Shown in pieces: positions 57,830-64,000 of a stretch of DNA of 64,000 nucleotides (positions are counted from its first letter, which is position 1; each line of letters begins with the position of its first letter). The stretch is from Ranitomeya imitator. Lineage: Eukaryota. The notes under the pieces were generated by a model. That model did not search any database, was not told the DNA's origin, and saw nothing but the letters and a program-made list of their open reading frames with translations. The stretch covers positions 92,132,001 to 92,196,000 of the forward strand of contig NC_091289.1 in NCBI RefSeq assembly GCF_032444005.1. The letters run 5' to 3'. Position numbers and translations under genes: made by a program.

Positions 57830-58880
57830 TTATTGAGTAAAGGAATGATGACCATTGAACCCCTCCCCTTGCATGTCACAGCATCTATGTATTTTCTTTC
57901 CCTCTTCTTTGACTCCATTTGCTTGGCCCCATTTGCCTTGTTTTATATATTCTCGGGCGCCCTGTCTGCAGAGGTGCCCGCCCCTTGCTCTGTTCGCGCA
58001 CCTGTGTGTGCGCGCTGAGCTCCGGGCGGCCATCTTGGGACAGGAGGCCCGGACTTCATGCCCTTCACTGCGCAGGCGCTTTGTCGGATCTGGGCGGCGT
58101 GTCCTCTCTGTATGGTGTCCGCCTGGATGGCATTGCGCGGGCGCCGCTTTTGGCGCCTGCGCACTTGCGTCTGGGCGGATGCCTCGGAGTGGGGGCCCTG
58201 GCTCGGCTCTCGCACTGCGCAGGTGCCGGCGTTATCTACACTTCCGGTATTTTCCTGCATTTGCCGCACCCCTGATGCCCTGGTCTCCAGCTGCACCCAT
58301 GGTGTACATCATTAATAAGGTATTTAAGATACGCACTTGTGACACTGATGTTACTGCCCCTGAAGAAGCCAGTTCTCTGGCGACACGCGTTGGGCTTCTT
58401 TGCCCGGTGCCACCCCCGTGTATTGCCATCCTTCATTAATCCTGACTTACCATGCAGGAACGCTACCTAGGAGGCCTGGTCTATGCATGTCAGGTAGTAT
58501 AGGAGGGGTCTTCTGTTTGGCTATTCTTAGCTACAGAGTCCTTACATGTTGGGCTTCACCATATCCCTTTATCTCCTGTACCAGCATTTGTCCTGGTAGT
58601 CTGTGTGTGTGGGGTGACATTGTGGCTTGACCTTATTACAGGTCGTGTTTTCATGCTTGCTTTATGCTGCTATTTTTAGTGTGTTTTTAAATTTTTCTGT
58701 AGTGTACACAAGTGTTGTTTAATAAAATTTGTTATACTTTTCTATATACTTTGTGGTGATCCCTTTATCATACATGCTACCCCTTTTTTCTTTTGTTTTT
58801 GGTTCTACTGTTTTGTAGCATGCTTTAGGTGATCCCCTACGGTGGTGCCGACCTCTTTCTTGTAGTGTTAGCATCTATGT
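57830..58880 (+). mobile_element. Solo Penelope-like pLTR / 3' region
   Basis: Same layout as 55.3-56.1 kb: TATTTAAG, hammerhead motif, TGTAGTGTAC...AATAAAA (58721), GTGGTGATCCC, GTGGTGCC; no coding sequence. Confidence 0.75.
58356..58395 (+). ncRNA. Minimal hammerhead ribozyme relic, one substitution from consensus
   Basis: gccc-CTGAAGA-a-gccag-ttct-ctggc-GACAC-gc-GTT-gggc: stems I and II perfect; ACGCGT palindrome at stem III; GAAAC reads GACAC. Confidence 0.8.
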
Positions 58881-58904
58881 GGTTAGAAGCAAGAGGTGAC
58901 CAGT

Positions 58905-59047
58905 CACCCCATATAGTTTGTAAGCTTGTGAGTAGGGCCCTCACTCCTCTTGCAACTGTTGAACTAGGTGTGTTTTATTGTCTGTAGATATTCCTGCTTA
59001 ATTGTAAAGTGCTACATAATATGTAGGCGCTATATAAATAAATTATT
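58905..59047 (+). mobile_element. L2 3' end fragment
   Basis: TGTAAGCTTGTGAGTAGGGCCCTC...TTGTAAAGTGCTACATAATATGTAGGCGCTATATAAATAAATTATT. Confidence 0.7.
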
Positions 59048-60090
59048 GGATTGCAACGGCAGTCAAGTGTAAAAATGGCTGTCACTCCCCAAATACGCAT
59101 GCCTAGCTAGCACAGCCAAAGGCTGGTTGTCAGATTTACTGCAACAGATCTACCAAATGTTTGAAGAAAAAAAATGCCTTTTCACTTAGAAAGCAAAAAA
59201 ATAAATAAATTAAACTGATATAACCTCATCCCAATCAAAACGTAAAATAAAATAATCTCATTAAGTAATCCTATATATACTCCAAATGTCATCATAATAA
59301 TAATACCAAAACTGCTGTTTTTTCCCCTTTATCCCACCTATGATAAACAATGCAATAAAAAGTAGTCAATCAGTTGTATGGTTGTATGTAATACAATTCA
59401 TCACTAAAAGAAAAAAAAAAAAAGTCTGAATGCAGTGCCACAAGTTATTAAAAAAAAGAAAAAAGGCCCCAATTCATGAAGACCAGAGTAAATGACACTG
59501 GTCTTGAGGGGGAATGTTGGAGTCAGACGCTCCTGATACATCAAGAGATGCATGCCTCTTAATGAATCCAGAGCATCTGAGAAGTAGTGTGTACCGAGTC
59601 ACAAGACTTATTCCAGTCAAGTCATGAATTAGATTGGCTGCAGTGGTGTCACCATCCAGTTTCACCCCTCATCAGCTTATTTTGACAGAGCTGGGCAAAA
59701 ATGCCAAAGTATCACTAATATTTTGGCAAATCATCGTTGTGCAAGTCATCGTTGCGCGACATCATCGAAGTTCCTTCACTCACTGCATTCCTTAGGAACG
59801 GAGGGAGACGCTAGCAGCGCTGTGAGCCAGGAGCCGTCCGAGGGTGAGTATATCCATGTTTTTTATTTTTATTCTTTATATGAATATGGATCCCAGGGCC
59901 TGAAGGAGAGTCTCCTCTCCTCCAGACCCTGGGAACCACACGCCGACATGCAGGATCGTTCCCTGCACACGCCGTACCCGGTGTATAAGACGACCCCCGA
60001 CTTTTGGGATAATTTTTAGGGGTCAAAAAGTCGTCTTATACGCCGGAAAATACGGTAATTATAGAAAGGTTGAACTCCAGAAGAAAGCTA

Positions 60091-60555
60091 CAGGTGCTTC
60101 TCACAAAATTAGAAGATCATCAAAAAGTTAATTTATTTCATTTCTTCAATACAAAAAGTGAAACTCTATATTATATAGAGTTATTACAAACGGAGTGAGC
60201 TATTTCAAGTGTTTATTTCTGTTAAAGCTAATGATTATGGCTTACAGCCAATGAAAACCCAAAATACATTATCTCAGTATATTAGAATACTTTATAACAC
60301 CAGTTTGAAAAATTATTTTAAAATCCGAAATGTTGGCCCAATGAAATGCATGTTCAGTAAATGCACTCAATACTTGGTTGAGGCTCCTTTTGTATAAATT
60401 ACTGCATCAATGTGGCGTGGGGTGGCATGGAGGCAATCAGCCTGTGGCACTGCTGAGGTGTTATGGAAGGTCAGGTTACTCTGATAGTAGCCTTCAGCTC
60501 GTCTATATTGTTGGGTCTGGTGTCTCATCTTCCTCTTGACAATACCCCATAGATT
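60091..60555. mobile_element. Tc1-like terminal fragment
   Basis: TA-CAGGTGCTTCTCACAAAATTAGAA start, followed by antisense transposase-like text (TTGGTTGAGGCTCCTTTTG...). Confidence 0.55.
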
Positions 60556-60556
60556 A

Positions 60557-61376
60557 CCGTATTTTTCGTACTATAAGACGCACTTTTCCCCTCAATTTTT
60601 TGTTTTGGGGGGAAAATTAGGGTGCGTCTTATAGTTGGCATATACTTACCAGTAGGGTGGCGGCAGCAGGAGTTGGGCGCTGCAGGGCAATGATCACACT
60701 TGCTTCCCAGGCTGGTACGGCAGTATTCGGTGGTGCTCAGAGATGTGGGGGCTCCTCTGACATTTTGTGAAATCCTGGAGCTCCCGCACTTCCATTGCTG
60801 TGATGGGTGGCCTCCGGGAAAATGGCAGCTGGAAGCGGTGCAGATTTAGATTTCAGGAAATGAGATCTCAGTGCAGAGATCTCAATCTGCGCATGTGCAG
60901 CCCCGGCGGCCATTTTCCTGGAGGCCACCACATCTCAGCAGTGGATGTGCAGGGGGCTCCAGGCTTCCACAAAACGTCGGCGGAGCCCCCGTACCACTGA
61001 GCACCGACGAGGCTGCCACACCAGCCTGGGATGGGATTTCCCAGATGCCACCGCTTCACAGCAATGGATGTGTGGAGGATCCGGGCTTTCAGAAAATGTC
61101 GGCGGAGCACCCGCACCATAAGCACTGCAGAACCTGCCGCACCAGTCTGGGATGGTAGTCATCTCATCGCTGGACCACCAAACACCCCCTGTGACCATGC
61201 TCCACCAGCGCTGCCGATTTCCCCGGTAAGCTGAATTCGGACTGAAAGACGGACCCCCATTTAACGCATTAATTTTTTCCTCTATTTTCCTTCTGAAATT
61301 TTGGGGTGTGTTTTATGGTCTTAAAATTTGGAGTGTGTCTTATGGTCCAGTGCATCTTATAGTCCGAAAAATATGG
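60557..61376. mobile_element. pogo/Tigger-like MITE
   Basis: TA flanks; TIRs CCGTATTTTTCGTACTATAAGACGCAC / GTGCATCTTATAGTCCGAAAAATATGG. Confidence 0.85.
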
Positions 61377-61649
61377 TAACTTTTTGATATTCTAATTTTG
61401 TAAGAAGTACGTGCATATCATTTATACCACATGGTGAATGCATAAAACAAATAATCTAAATAATTTCTGGGCTTATATACACTGCTCAAAAAAATAAAGG
61501 GAACACTAAATCCCACATCCTAGATATCACTGAATTAAATATTCCAGTTGTAAATCTTTATTCATTATATAGTGGAATATGTTGAGAACAATAAAACCTA
61601 AAAATGATCAACGTAAATCACAACTAATATCCCATGGCGGTCTGGAGTT

Positions 61650-62035
61650 ATTAAGGTTGAAGGAAGACTAAGTCCATCTAGTTCAACCCATAGTCTAACC
61701 TCACATGCCCTAACATGTTGATCCAGAGGAAGGAAAAAAAAACCCATGTGGCAAAGAGTAAGCTCCACATTGGGGAAAAAATTCCTTCCCGACTCCACAT
61801 ACGGCAATCAAACTAGTTCCCTGGATCAACGCCCTATCAAGGAATCTAGTGTATATAACCTGTAACATTATAGTTTTCAAGAAAGGCATCCAGTTCCCTC
61901 TTAAATTTTTGTAATGAATCACTCATTACAAAATCATACGGCAGAGAGTTCCATAGTCTCACTGCTCTTACAGTAAAGAATACGCGTCTGTTATGCTTAA
62001 ACCTTCTTTACTCCAAACGTAAAGGATGCCCCATT
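61650..62035 (-). mobile_element. 5'-truncated 3' end of a second CR1 subfamily
   Basis: GAGTTCCATAGTCTCACTGCTCTTACAGTAAAGAAT parallels CR1 C-terminal coding sequence (compare 14390-14422); the host Tc1 sequence GGAGTT|GGAATG is split here. Confidence 0.75.
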
Positions 62036-62316
62036 GTTGGAATGATGCTCAAAATCAAAGTGGAGAATGAAGTCACAGGCTGATCCAACTTCAGTGGAAA
62101 TGCCTAAAGACAAGGAAATGATGCTCAGTAGTGTGTGTGGCCTCCAAGTTCCTGTATGATCTCCATACAATGCCTCGGCATGCTCCCGATGAGGCGGCGG
62201 ATGGTCTCCTGAGGGATCTCCTCCCAGACCTGGAATAAAGCATCCGCCAACTCCTGGACAGTCTATGGTGCAACGTGACGATGGTGCGAGACATGATGTC
62301 CCACGTGGTCCCATGA

Positions 62317-63542
62317 TGGACCACGGTGAGTCATTGGACGTGGTATATCTCGATTTTTCCAAAGCGTTTGATACCGTGCCGCACAAGAGGTTGGTACACA
62401 AAATGAGAATGCTTGGTCTGGGGGAAAATGTGTGTAAATGGGTTAGTAACTGGCTTAGTGATAGAAAGCAGAGGGTGGTTATAAATGGTATAGTCTCTAA
62501 CTGGGTCGCTGTGACCAGTGGGGTACCGCAGGGGTCAGTATTGGGACCTGTTCTCTTCAACATATTCATTAATGATCTGGTAGAAGGTTTACACAGTAAA
62601 ATATCGATATTTGCAGATGATACAAAACTATGTAAAGCAGTTAATACAAGAGAAGATAGTATTCTGCTACAGATGGATCTGGATAAGTTGGAAACTTGGG
62701 CTGAAAGGTGGCAGATGAGGTTTAACAATGATAAATGTAAGGTTATACACATGGGAAGAGGGAATCAATATCACCATTACACACTGAACGGGAAACCACT
62801 GGGTAAATCTGACAGGGAGAAGGACTTGGGGATCCTAGTTAATGATAAACTTACCTGGAGCAGCCAGTGCCAGGCAGCAGCTGCCAAGGCAAACAGGATC
62901 ATGGGGTGCATTAAAAGAGGTCTGGATACACATGATGAGAGCATTATACTGCCTCTGTACAAATCCCTAGTTAGACCGCACATGGAGTACTGTGTCCAGT
63001 TTTGGGCACCGGTGCTCAGGAAGGATATAATGGAACTAGAGAGAGTACAAAGGAGGGCAACAAAATTAATAAAGGGGATGGGAGAACTACAATACCCAGA
63101 TAGATTAGCGAAATTAGGATTATTTAGTCTAGAAAAAAGACGACTGAGGGGCGATCTAATAACCATGTATAAGTATATAAGGGGACAATACAAATATCTC
63201 GCTGAGGATCTGTTTATACCAAGGAAGGTGACGGGCACAAGGGAGCATTCTTTGCGTCTGGAGGAGAGAAGGTTTTTCCACCAACATAGAAGAGGATTCT
63301 TTACTGTTAGGGCAGTGAGAATCTGGAATTGCTTGCCTGAGGAGGTGGTGATGGCGAACTCAGTCGAGGGGTTCAAGAGAGGCCTGGATGTCTTCCTGGA
63401 GCAGAACAATATTGTATCATACAATTATTAGGTTCTGTAGAAGGACGTAGATCTGGGTATTTATTATGATGGAATATAGGCTGAACTGGATGGACAAATG
63501 TCTTTTTTCGGCCTTACTAACTATGTTACTATGTTACTATGT
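62317..63542 (+). mobile_element. 5'-truncated CR1 copy, nearly identical to the full-length element at 14178-20713
   Basis: Protein from DHGESLDVVYLDF to NNIVSYNY is identical except GTRGH to GTREH; same 3' UTR and (CTATGTTA)n tail; ATGTCCCA at 62296-62303 and 63539-63546. Confidence 0.96.
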
Positions 63543-64000
63543 CCCAGATGTGTTCAATCGTATTCAGGTCTGGAAATGCAGGCAGCAGATCACTCTCTAC
63601 GGCATCTCCAGACTGTCACATCTGTCACATGTGCTCAGTGTGAACCTGCTTTCATCTGTGAAGAGCATAGGGCACCAGTGGCGAATTTACCAATCCTGGT
63701 GTTCTGTGGCAAATGCCAAGCGTCCTGCACGGTGTTGGGCTGTGAGCACAACCCCCATCTGTGGACATTGGGCACTCAGACCATCCTCATGGAGTTGGTT
63801 TCTAACCATTTGTGCAGGCATGCACATTTGTGGCCTGCTGGAGGTCTTTTTGCAGGGCTCTGGCAGTGCTCCTCCTTCCACAGAGGTTGAGGTCTTGCTG
63901 CTGGGCTGTTGCCCTTCTACGGCCTCCTCCACGCCTCCTCGTGTACTGGCCTGCCTCCTGGTAGCGCCTCCAGCCTCTGGACACTACGCTGACAGACACA

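Larger units (their letters stand above)
61480..64000 (-). mobile_element. Internally deleted Tc1-like element interrupted by two CR1 insertions; runs off the right edge
   Basis: TA-CACTGCTCAAAAAAATAAAGGGAACACT terminus; minus-strand VSVVSRGWRRYQEAGQYTRRRGGGRRRAT and VRNQLHEDGLSA...LTAQHRAGRLAFATEHQDW. Confidence 0.88.

Noticed and set aside
57824-58630. GC-rich cluster of overlapping ORFs suggesting a CpG-island gene
   Set aside because: It lies in a Penelope-like pLTR that includes the hammerhead motif; there is no coherent protein and no splice structure
1-64000. tRNA, rRNA, snRNA genes or tRNA-derived SINE heads
   Set aside because: I recognised no cloverleaf, A/B-box pair or rRNA-like sequence by eye; a tRNAscan-SE or Infernal run would be needed to exclude them

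Overview
Eukaryotic, vertebrate DNA, most likely from an anuran frog with a large, repeat-rich genome (inferred from the repeat families and a frog-type TRIM fragment). The only host gene piece I can support is the terminal coding exon of rgs21 (+ strand, 22954-23154). I found no upstream rgs21 exon in the window, so positions 1-22953 are probably one long last intron. Almost everything else is nested transposon material. (1) Two adjacent minisatellites occupy the first 6 kb. (2) A young, apparently intact CR1 LINE (esterase ORF1 plus APE/RT ORF2) has a 5' end made of ~19.5 near-identical 126-bp monomers, each with an ATGCAAAT octamer; a 5'-truncated, near-identical sister copy lies at 62.3-63.5 kb. 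(3) Two head-to-tail DIRS tyrosine-recombinase retrotransposons have recognisable ITRs and internal complementary regions. (4) Two Penelope-like (GIY-YIG) elements and a solo pLTR each carry a minimal hammerhead-ribozyme relic. (5) A 390-bp near-perfect inverted repeat is flanked by a 15-bp direct repeat. (6) The rest is Tc1/mariner, hAT, piggyBac-like, Harbinger-like and pogo-like elements, L2 fragments and solo LTRs. Most ORFs in the supplied track are repeat or antisense artefacts. I see no prokaryotic-type system or CRISPR array. The most novel-looking items are the octamer-monomer array on the CR1 and the ribozyme/pLTR structures. All calls are by eye, without database searches.
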